In this document: positions 26,564 through 36,036 of the stretch, in pieces | Layout: every line of letters begins with the position of its first letter | How positions within the stretch are numbered: position 1 is the first letter of the stretch | Position numbers and translations under genes: made by a program | The notes under the pieces: generated by a model | The model's input: only the letters and a program-made list of their open reading frames with translations | Told to the model about the DNA's origin: nothing | The model's database searches: none | Virus record (IMG/VR): IMGVR_UViG_3300048592_000600 | Coordinates: 1 to 60,115 of that record | DNA: 60,115 bases | Strand: one strand, 5' to 3' | DNA from: a virus | Taxonomy: Duplodnaviria; Caudoviricetes

Positions 26564-28349
26564 ATGTTCGTTTCTTGGCATACCACTCTCCAACTTTGGC
26601 GGCGTCAATGGCTGGATACCTTGCCCGCAGCACAGCGGCTAATTTGCTTGCGTTATTCATAAACGCACCTTGGCCGCCGACATTCGCGCCATCCGTCAAA
26701 CGCCCGCCTTCGATGCTTTGCAATGCTGGCAGCACTTCGTTCAATACGAACTTGTCATCAAATTCGCCAGTCTGATTGAATTCATCAACTGACAGAAGCC
26801 CTTGCTGCGGGTCCCATGGAACAAGCGAAGATTCGCGTTCGGCTTGCTTTGTTTTGGTTGCTTCATCGATCATGCCCGTTGGTGTGGTTTTGTTTTTATC
26901 CTCAATTCTCTGTGCGGACTCCTTTTCGAGAACACCAATCTTACGATTTTCAATCGCGCCTTGCTGGGTAATTTCGGTTTCCTTTAGTTTGTTGCTGGCT
27001 GCGGCCTGCGCAGCCTGCGCTTCTAATTGCTTTACAAGCAAAGCAGTCCGGTTCGCGTCGGCGGCAGCATTGTTACGCAATTGCTCCAACTGCAATGCAA
27101 GCTGGTTGTTGCCTTGCTGTCGTGCAAGTTCCGCCTGAGTCGCAAACTCCTTGGCGCGGAATTCCGCAGCCTTCATCAGCCCATCGGCGCGGACATGCTC
27201 TTGCAGCAATTCCGGCCCCATCATAACACCAGCGAGCAACGAGTTCGTGGCAATCGGGTTGCCGACATTCTCGCGCGCAGTGGCCAGAGCCATGTTCGGG
27301 TCCATGCCGTTGCGAGCCAGCGCGCGAGCCTGAGCCAAGCCGGTGTTCGCACCGTTGTTCTTGTTTGGATCAAAGCCGCGTGCCGCCTGCCGTTCGCGCT
27401 GGGCTTGCATCGCAGCTTCGTAGCGGCCCATCGCCTCGGGGCTGTTCGGACCATTAACCGGCGTGAGGCCGGGCGACCACTTTGGTTCGTTCGGATCGCG
27501 CGGCAGCGCTTTGTCATTCTTTGCCCACATGACACGCCCCATGTGATCTTTGACTTGATTCGATTCGCCAGGAGCAAGGGCATCAATCAGCGTGAGCGGT
27601 TTCGCTGCGGGCATGACTTGCTCGACGGCACCACCGCCAGGACCGCGACCGCTCTGCTTGAATCCCCCGCCGAACTGGGCGAGGAATTCGTCGTTGCTCG
27701 TCGATGGCTTGTTGCCCGAGTAGAACGTCGTTTGATTGCCCTGAGCTTGCCACCACGGCATACCCCCGGCGATTTGCTGCTGAGCGGTCATCTCTTGCCG
27801 CGCGGCTTCGCTGGCTGCGCCGGATTCGGCCATGCCCATGCCGGGTTGGATTGCGGCCGATGCTGCGCGGCCACGGTCGGCCATCTGTCCTCGCATGGTT
27901 TCGAGGTTGGCGTTCTTCTCGGCATCGAGGCCAGCAATGATGCGAGCGGCGTTGCCCGGGATCGGAGCCCGCGACGGATCGCCTTGCTGCATCGCTTGCC
28001 GCGCTGCCCACATCGGCATGTCGGGCATTGCCGGTTCGGTCGGACCATCGCCGGCTGGCAGAACATCGAGCAGCGACGGCGCACGAGCACCCGCGGCCCG
28101 AGCAACAAGCGGAGAATCGTCGGCACGCGACGGCGAACCCATGCTGCCCATGGATGGAGCGGTGGCCTCGAATGGCCGATCTTGCGGTTGGGGCGTGACG
28201 CTTCTGGGCTTGAGTTCAAGGTCCGCGGCGTCATACCCCTGGCCGCCCCAGCGTCGTGGGTCCGAAAACATAAACGATTCGGTATCATCCTCGGGCGAGA
28301 GTTCGCTGAGCAAAGAACGCCGGCGCATTGGCAATAATTCGTATGGCAT
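26529..28349 (-). CDS. Putative internal virion / ejection protein (606 aa)
   Basis: Ala/Gln-rich and helical; position in podovirus gene order. Confidence 0.6.
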   Translation of the reverse strand: MPYELLPMRRRSLLSELSPEDDTESFMFSDPRRWGGQGYDAADLELKPRSVTPQPQDRPFEATAPSMGSMGSPSRADDSPLVARAAGARAPSLLDVLPAGDGPTEPAMPDMPMWAARQAMQQGDPSRAPIPGNAARIIAGLDAEKNANLETMRGQMADRGRAASAAIQPGMGMAESGAASEAARQEMTAQQQIAGGMPWWQAQGNQTTFYSGNKPSTSNDEFLAQFGGGFKQSGRGPGGGAVEQVMPAAKPLTLIDALAPGESNQVKDHMGRVMWAKNDKALPRDPNEPKWSPGLTPVNGPNSPEAMGRYEAAMQAQRERQAARGFDPNKNNGANTGLAQARALARNGMDPNMALATARENVGNPIATNSLLAGVMMGPELLQEHVRADGLMKAAEFRAKEFATQAELARQQGNNQLALQLEQLRNNAAADANRTALLVKQLEAQAAQAAASNKLKETEITQQGAIENRKIGVLEKESAQRIEDKNKTTPTGMIDEATKTKQAERESSLVPWDPQQGLLSVDEFNQTGEFDDKFVLNEVLPALQSIEGGRLTDGANVGGQGAFMNNASKLAAVLRARYPAIDAAKVGEWYAKKRTFTRPAPTTDGW

Positions 28350-28353
28350 GAGA

Positions 28354-28956
28354 CTAAATTCCCAGGAGTGCCGAAAGGAGTGTCATGGCTTGCTGGTTGT
28401 ACCCAAGCTGCCGTTGTTGATTGTTGGTGTCGATGCCGCTGCCGATGGCTCCCCATCCCAGGGCTTCATTCTCGCGAGCAGCCTGCCCTTGCAGCATTTG
28501 CTGCGCATTGGCCGCCGCATCAGAGAACGGAATCTCCGCTTGTGCCTGAGCAGCCTGTGCCCGCGCCTGCATCTGTGCGGGCATGATGTTGCGAGCCGTG
28601 GCCGCGCCGCGCGAAACGCCAGGACGATCAAGCTCTTTGGCCAGCGAATAGGCGTTGCCTTGGCTGTACGCGTTGGCAACTCCCTGATTCTTGGCGTAGG
28701 CCGTCTGCTGCGAATTGTAGATCGGCTGCGGGTTGATCGAGGTTGTGGCGTTGATCTGCTGCGATGGCTGTTGCTTGCCGACCATCGAGGACCAATCGAA
28801 CGAATAGTCCGGTGTTTGGTACTGCTGCGGCTGCGCGTACTTTTGCTGATACGCCATGGGGTTGAACGACGACGGAGCGGCCATGACTTGACCGTTCCGG
28901 CTCGACCACGACGAATAGCCGGGGACCATGCCAGATCCCCAAGGTCCGTTGTTCAT
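28354..28956 (-). CDS. Q/N/G/S-rich putative ejection protein, paralogue A
   Basis: Low-complexity composition; aligns with the adjacent gene. Confidence 0.6.
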   Translation of the reverse strand: MNNGPWGSGMVPGYSSWSSRNGQVMAAPSSFNPMAYQQKYAQPQQYQTPDYSFDWSSMVGKQQPSQQINATTSINPQPIYNSQQTAYAKNQGVANAYSQGNAYSLAKELDRPGVSRGAATARNIMPAQMQARAQAAQAQAEIPFSDAAANAQQMLQGQAARENEALGWGAIGSGIDTNNQQRQLGYNQQAMTLLSALLGI

Positions 28957-29501
28957 TAGAAACCACCTAGTGCTCGTAGGAGCGTCATGACTTGATTGTT
29001 ACGCTGCAATTGGAGTGCGTCGTTGCTTGCCGAGTTCTGCATCGCCTGTTGGCCCCAGCGCATGCCAGCGCCCGCGCGAGCGGTTTCTGACGCGAGTTGG
29101 TGCTGCGTGTTGGCTTGCGACATCGATCGATCGGTGCCGAGGCGTGCTTGGCTCGAGTATTGGCCGTAGAGAGCATTGGCCGTGGGGTTGTTTGTCTTGG
29201 GCTTCATCGCGCCGTAGCGACCGAGGGCACCCGCGACTTGACCTTGATTGTAGATCGGGCCTGCCGTGATCCCGGTCGTGACGTTGGCTGTTGGTGCTTG
29301 CCCGCCCTGGCCAAACATCGAACCCCAGTCGATCGCATCGTTGTTCTGCGCGGATGGTTGCTGATTCTGCCCGTAGGCTTGTTGGTAAGTCATCGGCCGG
29401 AATGACGATGGGCCGAACATGACCTGACCGCCAGCGATGCCGCTGGGGTTCCATTGAGAGTAACCGTGATTGCCGTTGCCCCAGGGGCCGTTGGTGATCA
29501 T
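28956..29501 (-). CDS. Q/N/G/S-rich putative ejection protein, paralogue B
   Basis: Low-complexity composition; aligns with the adjacent gene. Confidence 0.6.
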   Translation of the reverse strand: MITNGPWGNGNHGYSQWNPSGIAGGQVMFGPSSFRPMTYQQAYGQNQQPSAQNNDAIDWGSMFGQGGQAPTANVTTGITAGPIYNQGQVAGALGRYGAMKPKTNNPTANALYGQYSSQARLGTDRSMSQANTQHQLASETARAGAGMRWGQQAMQNSASNDALQLQRNNQVMTLLRALGGF

Positions 29502-29509
29502 GAGATTTC

Positions 29510-29992
29510 CTAGTAGCGGCGTAATGGTTGGCGGCCAAGTGACGGGACATTGGCAGGGCGAGTGCCGGCGTAGTTCGGGTTGACGCCGGGATACATGTCA
29601 CCGGCAGGATCGGGCTTTCCGTTGGGGAGCATCTTCTGGCCTTGGCCGTAGCTCACGCCCGCGCCGTAGTTGGTCGTGATGCCTTTGAGTCCGCCCCCGC
29701 TGCCGCCGCCGAACAGCGCAGCGAGCAAAGGCGCGACCGCTTTGAGCCGTTGATTGGCTCCTTGCTGACGCGCCATCTCGACGTTGTACGGCACTTGGTT
29801 GGCCATGTTCGCGCTGCTAAACGCATTGGCTTGAGCGAAGGCGTTGCCGATGTTGCTGCCCAGATTGTTCATGGTGCCCATCGCCGAGCCAATCAGGCCC
29901 GCGCCGAAGCTGGGCTGATTGCTGCGCATCATGTTGTTCATGCCCTGGTTGTAGCGAGACAGGGCATCGAAATAATCGTAGGGATTTGCCAT
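29510..29992 (-). CDS. G/N/M-rich putative small ejection (pilot) protein
   Basis: Composition and position after the tail genes. Confidence 0.55.
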   Translation of the reverse strand: MANPYDYFDALSRYNQGMNNMMRSNQPSFGAGLIGSAMGTMNNLGSNIGNAFAQANAFSSANMANQVPYNVEMARQQGANQRLKAVAPLLAALFGGGSGGGLKGITTNYGAGVSYGQGQKMLPNGKPDPAGDMYPGVNPNYAGTRPANVPSLGRQPLRRY

Positions 29993-30076
29993 AAATTCGC
30001 TCGCTGAAAGAAGTGTGGACTACCCATTTATTTGAACGCAAGCCCACGGGATTTCGCAAAGACGATTCGCAAGCGG

Positions 30077-31327
30077 CTATGCCGAATTATCCAGGCGTTC
30101 GATCCAGATCAGGCCAAACCATTCGGGTTCGATCGTGGCTTCATCGCCAGTAAATGTGCCGGAACCGCTGCCGCCGCTTAACGAGCCGCTGGCGGTATGG
30201 CTGTGATTCCAGTCCGAAAGGTCGAACTCTGCGTCGGTGCTAAAGGACGATGCGCCAGCAAACGTAGCAGTGATCGGATTCCCCAACGAGTCAACGTGCG
30301 AGAGGATATTGTCACCAGGGGTGTACACTAATGCCCCTGATGTGTCGAACGTGCCTTGGTTCGCCAGATCAGTTACAACTCGCAGCGTTCCACTAGTGTC
30401 ATCCGTTAATGCGCTGCCAAGCGTGTAGTTGTGGTAGTGGTCTGCATGGTCGTCAATGTCGATGTTATCCGATACGAGCGTGGACATATCCAAATCCACA
30501 CTCACGGTTGCCGTGCCACTGTAACTATGGCTATCAACCGTGACACTCACCGTTCCCGTTACGCTGCTAATAGAAACGCTCCCCTCGGGCGTGTAGCTAT
30601 TGCTACCGCCCGTGGTGCCAGGCGTTTCGTGATACTTGAATAACCGCGTGCCGGGATTTAATCCAGAGCCGCCGTTGCCCGAGGAGTTACCCGTTCCGTT
30701 GAACAGCCCCCAGCCAGAGGGAATCGACCCAGCCGACAACGCCCATGCCTTGACCGTGCCGATCTTGTCGTCGAGGTAATCGCCCGTACAAACGCGCGTG
30801 CCGTTGCGCGTCAGGCCAAACGGCAACACGGCGTTGGCAATGACGTTGGGATCACCGGGCTTGGTGCGAGGCAGATAGACGTTGAACGCCGCGCCTGCCG
30901 CGTTTGCCCCGGTATCGTCGTCGCACTCTTGGCAGGTCACATAGGGACGCCCGGCACCTTTGCTCCAGTTGGCCGTAGCCTTGGCAAAGCGAACCGCGCC
31001 ATTCACCGGCTGATTGAATATCACCGGCCCGCCAAACCACATCGGGCCATGAACGGCACCGGCAAACCCGCCGAGAATCTTGTCATCGACTTGCCGGCCC
31101 GCTGAGATGAGAGTCAATGATGCCGCGGGATAGCCTTCTGCGGGAACGCCCGTGTCGCCGATGGTGTATTCGGCATCAGGCGTGTTGACGTTGATCGTTG
31201 TCGCCCCACGGTGTTCGAGGGCTTGCGAGCAATTGCCCAGCATGGCCAGCATGATTTCCGTGACGCGCGGATTCATGCCGGCATCATTGAGTTGCGCAGC
31301 AAATTGCGAGGCTTGCAGGGTGAACAT
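30077..31327 (-). CDS. Tail fibre/spike-like protein with collar-like motif
   Basis: IGTVKAW....IPSGWGLFNG, HxHxH motifs, C-terminal IEPEWFGLIWIER. Confidence 0.7.
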   Translation of the reverse strand: MFTLQASQFAAQLNDAGMNPRVTEIMLAMLGNCSQALEHRGATTINVNTPDAEYTIGDTGVPAEGYPAASLTLISAGRQVDDKILGGFAGAVHGPMWFGGPVIFNQPVNGAVRFAKATANWSKGAGRPYVTCQECDDDTGANAAGAAFNVYLPRTKPGDPNVIANAVLPFGLTRNGTRVCTGDYLDDKIGTVKAWALSAGSIPSGWGLFNGTGNSSGNGGSGLNPGTRLFKYHETPGTTGGSNSYTPEGSVSISSVTGTVSVTVDSHSYSGTATVSVDLDMSTLVSDNIDIDDHADHYHNYTLGSALTDDTSGTLRVVTDLANQGTFDTSGALVYTPGDNILSHVDSLGNPITATFAGASSFSTDAEFDLSDWNHSHTASGSLSGGSGSGTFTGDEATIEPEWFGLIWIERLDNSA

Positions 31328-33945
31328 TATTCGACGGAATTGAGGATCAGGTCGTGAATGACAATCGGCTGCGCCAACTGAAACCCGCGGAATTCAAACG
31401 TGCAGAACCGATCGCCGAGCATGGGCGCAACGCGATGGCCGCCAAACCGCCACGCCACAAATCCCGCCTGATTGGCCTGGGTGTACCGATCCCGTCGCAT
31501 GTCCACGACCGTATCGGCCGAACCAAGCTCCGTGCGCAAGTAATCGCCCCGTGATTCCGAGACGTAATCGCATGTGACAGGCGACGTGTCTTGATCGAGA
31601 TACCGGCGAATGTCGAACGTCGAATCGTTGCTCGTTGGCGTGAAGATCACGCGCATCGCCTGCAGGGTGGCGTAGTTCGCATCCTGACCACGCCCGCCCA
31701 GCGTCATGATGCCCGTCTTGAATTGCCACGGTACGGCGCCGACCGCGTAAACACTTGTGGTGTCAGGATCGGTTGTCCAAGCGGTGCCGACCGTGAGTTC
31801 CGTGGTTGATCGCGCGGTTATGGTCCGCGTTTGCCCTTTGCCGGTTCCCGAGATGATGGATACCGGAGCATCGAGTAGAGCGTCGGTAAATGTGGCGGTA
31901 GAGTCCGAGAGCGTCGTTGACGTGGCGGATGTGACGGTTCCCGTGACCAGCGTGCCATCGTTGGTATTCCCTTCTTGATCGACAAGGATGCGACGATTCA
32001 AACCACCATAGTACGTTCGTTGCTGATACTGCCCGCGCGGCGCGTGCATGACACCATGCCCCACGCCGGGATCATAGTACCCGCTGACCCACAACTGTTT
32101 GTTGGGCCAATACTCAAACCAGCGAGTCGGCAATGCCAGGGCCGAGGATTCGGTCGCCAGCGTCAAGTGAAACCGCACATAGCCGAGCGTCTGATTGGCC
32201 ACGGCAAAGTCGAGCCGCCCCTTGCCGGTCCAAGTGCTGCTCCGCACAAAGTCATTGATCGCTTGATCGATCGGCTGCGCGCCGTCGCCTTGCAGCATGT
32301 AGATGCCGTGCGCGTCGCGGATGTAAAGCGCGCTGCCGTATCGTACCCAGGAGCGGTTGTTGATCATGCCGCGATTGGCGATGAGCGATGGCTGGGCATC
32401 GATGTCCGGTTGCCGAAAGAACCGCAGCGCGAACAAGTGATGATTCTGGCCAACGATCAAGGCTGTCTGATTCGGAGCCAAGCCCGTGATTTCGTCGGGT
32501 TGTTCGTGGCTCTCCTGCAGGATGATTTCGTTGTAGAGCGGCACCGCCTCGGGCGAATCGACTTCACTGAACCGCACCTTGTTGCGATTGTCGTACGGCG
32601 GACTGATCGCGTAGGCGAGCCCAGACGACGTATTCGCGGCCGGCAGATCGATTGTGACCTGCGTGGTCGAAGTGAAGCCCGTGATCGTGTAGCCCACATT
32701 TTCGCCGGCGATGTAGATACGCCGGCCAACCATCGTCGAAAGCCAGGACGTTCCCGTGCCGGTGATCGTCGTGGATCCGGCCGTCGTCGCCACGGTTCCC
32801 TCGGTGTAATGCACCATGCCCGCGAAGAACAGCCGGTCTTGCAGGAACGCCACATAGGGCATATCGCTTGGCGGCGGTACAAAGCGGTTCGCAATGTCCT
32901 TGCGCCCGTCCGGTGTGATGAAGCTCATGTCCTGCAACTCTTGCAAGTCATCGTCGCTGATGCCGTCATTGACGCAACCTGTCAGCGTCCAAGTGCCCGA
33001 GGCGTTGCTGCTGTAGTTGACGTCGGTTGTCACCGTCGTGGCCGTGACAGCCGTTACCGTGTGGGCACCGGCGTAAGTCCCCGAGGGAACGCTGAACGTG
33101 GCGTTGACCGCAAGCCCGTGTCCGGTGGGCATGGTCATTTGCACTTTGCCGCCACTGTCCGCTGCTGCCGAGAACGTGCCCGAGCGCGCGAGGTATGTCT
33201 GGGCTGCGCCGCCTGGGCCGGTGAATTCGAGGCGATAGTACACGCGTTCATCGCCGGCCGCCGTGCGCCAAAACTCGACCTTGCGCACGCGAGCGATTGC
33301 CGCGCTGACATCGATCGCCCAGGTAAACTCGTCGTTCGCCGCGGCCGTCGCGGTCTGCACTGGCGAAAAGCTCGAGGGAATCCCGCTGCCGGTGCCCGTA
33401 TTGAATTCGTCGTACTCGACATCATCATCGAGGTAGCGGAACGCGAGCAGGTAATCGCCGGCCGTGAGACTTCCACCCGTGGGCGTGGTGATCGTTGGCG
33501 CAGCGGCAGGGGCCGGAATCCCGAGCGGTTCCAGCGCGGCCGTCATGCCATCCCAGCGGAACGGAGCGTTCAATCCGTTGACGCCGATCAGCACGCCGGT
33601 GCGCGTCTGGGCAAAGCAGATCGGTTGGAATGTCGAGTAGCCGGTGCCAAGCGTGGTTGGGCTGCCGGTGCTGCCGACCTTGATTGCTTCGACGTTGCCG
33701 AGCGCGTCCTGCCACACAAACCAGTCCGCATCAGGCCGGTTGAACTTGTAGAGCGAGATGATATTGCGGGTGCTCGATCGCGTGACGCCGTAATCCGTGA
33801 GTCCGTTGCGGACTTGCAGTTCTCCCGCGCGGCGAACCTGCATGTTCTCTTGAACCTGCATCGCACCGGGGGGTAAATCAAAAGGATCGGCATTGCTGAC
33901 GATCCCTTGAAACTGCGTAATCGGTAGTGTGAATTGGGCATCCAT
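31327..33945 (-). CDS. Tail nozzle / packaged-DNA stabilisation protein (P22 gp10 / T7 gp12-like)
   Basis: FQGI...DP..LPPGA...EN....GEL..RNG start; QDRLFFAG, VRFSEV..PE, DEITGL propeller motifs. Confidence 0.7.
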   Translation of the reverse strand: MDAQFTLPITQFQGIVSNADPFDLPPGAMQVQENMQVRRAGELQVRNGLTDYGVTRSSTRNIISLYKFNRPDADWFVWQDALGNVEAIKVGSTGSPTTLGTGYSTFQPICFAQTRTGVLIGVNGLNAPFRWDGMTAALEPLGIPAPAAAPTITTPTGGSLTAGDYLLAFRYLDDDVEYDEFNTGTGSGIPSSFSPVQTATAAANDEFTWAIDVSAAIARVRKVEFWRTAAGDERVYYRLEFTGPGGAAQTYLARSGTFSAAADSGGKVQMTMPTGHGLAVNATFSVPSGTYAGAHTVTAVTATTVTTDVNYSSNASGTWTLTGCVNDGISDDDLQELQDMSFITPDGRKDIANRFVPPPSDMPYVAFLQDRLFFAGMVHYTEGTVATTAGSTTITGTGTSWLSTMVGRRIYIAGENVGYTITGFTSTTQVTIDLPAANTSSGLAYAISPPYDNRNKVRFSEVDSPEAVPLYNEIILQESHEQPDEITGLAPNQTALIVGQNHHLFALRFFRQPDIDAQPSLIANRGMINNRSWVRYGSALYIRDAHGIYMLQGDGAQPIDQAINDFVRSSTWTGKGRLDFAVANQTLGYVRFHLTLATESSALALPTRWFEYWPNKQLWVSGYYDPGVGHGVMHAPRGQYQQRTYYGGLNRRILVDQEGNTNDGTLVTGTVTSATSTTLSDSTATFTDALLDAPVSIISGTGKGQTRTITARSTTELTVGTAWTTDPDTTSVYAVGAVPWQFKTGIMTLGGRGQDANYATLQAMRVIFTPTSNDSTFDIRRYLDQDTSPVTCDYVSESRGDYLRTELGSADTVVDMRRDRYTQANQAGFVAWRFGGHRVAPMLGDRFCTFEFRGFQLAQPIVIHDLILNSVE

Positions 33946-35102
33946 TAGGAATCCGGCAAAGTAACGGAGTCGATGATTTCTTCGCCGGGCGGCGAGATGA
34001 TGAACGGCGTGCCAACCTGATCCATGCCCGCGACTTGATCGGCTTCCATCGCGCGAATCAACTCCTCGTTAAAGAGTCGCTGAGCGCGGCCAAGCGCGGC
34101 ATCCGACTTGTTGTTCATGATGGCGAGCTCGTATTCGACCGCGCGTTTGATCGCCGGAATCATGCAATCCGCAGCGTCAACCGCATCGCTCACGCGGAAC
34201 TTGGCTCCTGAGTAAGCAGACACCGCATTGGACGCCAGGGTGATTGCCGTCGCGCTGGATCGGGCCGAGATGACAAACTCCTCGGTATATGGCTCCAAGC
34301 CGCCGAGTCCCGAGGGAACGCTGGTACCATCGGTCACGCGCAACACACTGCCGACCATCCGCGCCGTGAACAGTGTGTTCGTTCCCGTGACGTCCGCTGC
34401 TCCTGCGCTTACCGCGATCGTGCCGGTGAACGCGGCAGTTTCTTGGCCGCTGTAGCGCATCTCGCGCGGTGTTCGCCGCATGAGGAATTCGAGCGGTTCG
34501 CTGGACGTGGGAGCGGGGTAAACGTGAATCGCCTTGCGGCCGTAGGTGCTGGCGTTGTTGTCGCCCAGCACGGTCCAGTATTGCGGCGCGCCGGTAGCTC
34601 CCTGCGTGCGCTGCATGGTGAACCACTGCTCGGGCGTGACGTATCGCTGAAACCAGTTGCTTTGTGCCTCGATAATCAGCACGTCTTGGAAGTCAGCCGG
34701 GAGCGGATAGATCGACTGGAAAATCTCGTACGTCGTCGAACTGATGTTGGCAGTTGGCGCGTTGGCTTCCTTGAGCACGATCGCCGTGTCGCTTGTGCGG
34801 CTTTCGACTTCATAGATCAGGCTGTTAATCCGCACTTCACCCAGCGCGGCCCAGCTTGGCCAAGCGCCATCGCTCAGCGTGAGCGTGCGCGTCGATGCCG
34901 TGTAAGCGACGGTGCCGGTCGAGTACAGCGCGTTGAGATTCACCCGCGCGCGGCGGATGTAATACCGCCATCCGCGCGGGTGATACGCGATGCGCTGGAA
35001 CGCGTTGAACACGGCGCGACGAATGAAAGACTGCTCGCGGTTGTCCGCGGCACCCCCCAGGTAATCAACGGCGTGTTCGATCAAGTCGCTGTAGGTCAGC
35101 AT
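33945..35102 (-). CDS. Head-tail adaptor (P22 gp4 / T7 gp11-like) with inserted beta domains
   Basis: TYSDLI, YPLPADF, GAPQYW, IHVYPAP motifs. Confidence 0.72.
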   Translation of the reverse strand: MLTYSDLIEHAVDYLGGAADNREQSFIRRAVFNAFQRIAYHPRGWRYYIRRARVNLNALYSTGTVAYTASTRTLTLSDGAWPSWAALGEVRINSLIYEVESRTSDTAIVLKEANAPTANISSTTYEIFQSIYPLPADFQDVLIIEAQSNWFQRYVTPEQWFTMQRTQGATGAPQYWTVLGDNNASTYGRKAIHVYPAPTSSEPLEFLMRRTPREMRYSGQETAAFTGTIAVSAGAADVTGTNTLFTARMVGSVLRVTDGTSVPSGLGGLEPYTEEFVISARSSATAITLASNAVSAYSGAKFRVSDAVDAADCMIPAIKRAVEYELAIMNNKSDAALGRAQRLFNEELIRAMEADQVAGMDQVGTPFIISPPGEEIIDSVTLPDS

Positions 35103-35419
35103 TACGAGCCTCGGAACGGCCGCATCGAAGCGGTCACGTTATTGGTAAACCGAATTTGAATGAATGGCGTGTGAGCGCAGTACACCGGAGCGGGCACCCA
35201 GGACGCCGCCGAGAAGCCAACCGGCACCGTGACTTGCGAGCCGGTCGTGGGATCGATCAGCGGCTTGAACGTTCCAGTGCGAGTGCGACAGCCGTAAAAC
35301 AACAGCGCGCCGGTAGCTCCGCTCGGTTCTTCAAAGTCAAAGCCCAGGATCACTGCTTGACCACGATTGATCACGGCCGATGAACTGTCATTGGTAATGG
35401 TGATTGCTTCCGTCTCCAT
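35102..35419 (-). CDS. Small beta-rich putative structural protein
   Basis: TAATG-coupled to the adaptor gene. Confidence 0.5.
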   Translation of the reverse strand: METEAITITNDSSSAVINRGQAVILGFDFEEPSGATGALLFYGCRTRTGTFKPLIDPTTGSQVTVPVGFSAASWVPAPVYCAHTPFIQIRFTNNVTASMRPFRGS

Positions 35420-35457
35420 CTCGTGAGGACGGCAGATTTCTTGTCCTTTTGGCACGG

Positions 35458-36036
35458 CTACTCTCCCTTGTATGCGTATTTGGCCACGACCGCTTCTTTG
35501 ATTTCCCGCTTGGACTTGCGGGCCAGCGAAGGGTTGGCGGCCAATTCTTCGCGGGTGTATTTGGTGAGCAGCGACTTCGACAGAAACGGCTTCTGCTTCT
35601 TCTGCTCGGGGATGTTTCGTTGACGGTTGTAGGCCCCGCGGCACGACGTGTTGCGCTCCTCGCATACCGTTCGCACATGAGCCAGGGCATCGCTGCCCGA
35701 GGACACAAACGCAGCCGGATCGCCGGGGAATTTGGCCAGCGTCGATTCGTAAATGTCGGTGTGCTTGGGGTTGTATCCCTGGCGCTGGGCTTGCTTCACC
35801 AAGTAATTGAGTTGCCGCTGGCCGACCTCGCCAGGGAATTGCTGCTCGAGCGTGCCTCGCCCTCGCGTGTAGTTATCGGTCGTGACGGCGCCCGGCGCGC
35901 GTTGCGATTGCAGAATCTCGCGCAGTCGCGATTCACGCTTGCGGCGTTCGGGATTGGCTTCGCCGACGATTTTGCCGTCAGGCGTGCGCTCGACCAGTTT
36001 GCCGTTCTCGATTTTGGTGATGGTCTTGATTCTCAT
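35458..36036 (-). CDS. Hypothetical basic protein downstream of portal
   Basis: ATGA-coupled to portal. Confidence 0.65.
   Translation of the reverse strand: MRIKTITKIENGKLVERTPDGKIVGEANPERRKRESRLREILQSQRAPGAVTTDNYTRGRGTLEQQFPGEVGQRQLNYLVKQAQRQGYNPKHTDIYESTLAKFPGDPAAFVSSGSDALAHVRTVCEERNTSCRGAYNRQRNIPEQKKQKPFLSKSLLTKYTREELAANPSLARKSKREIKEAVVAKYAYKGE

Noticed and set aside
30077-31327. Diversity-generating retroelement target
   Set aside because: No reverse transcriptase and no TR/VR repeat pair seen
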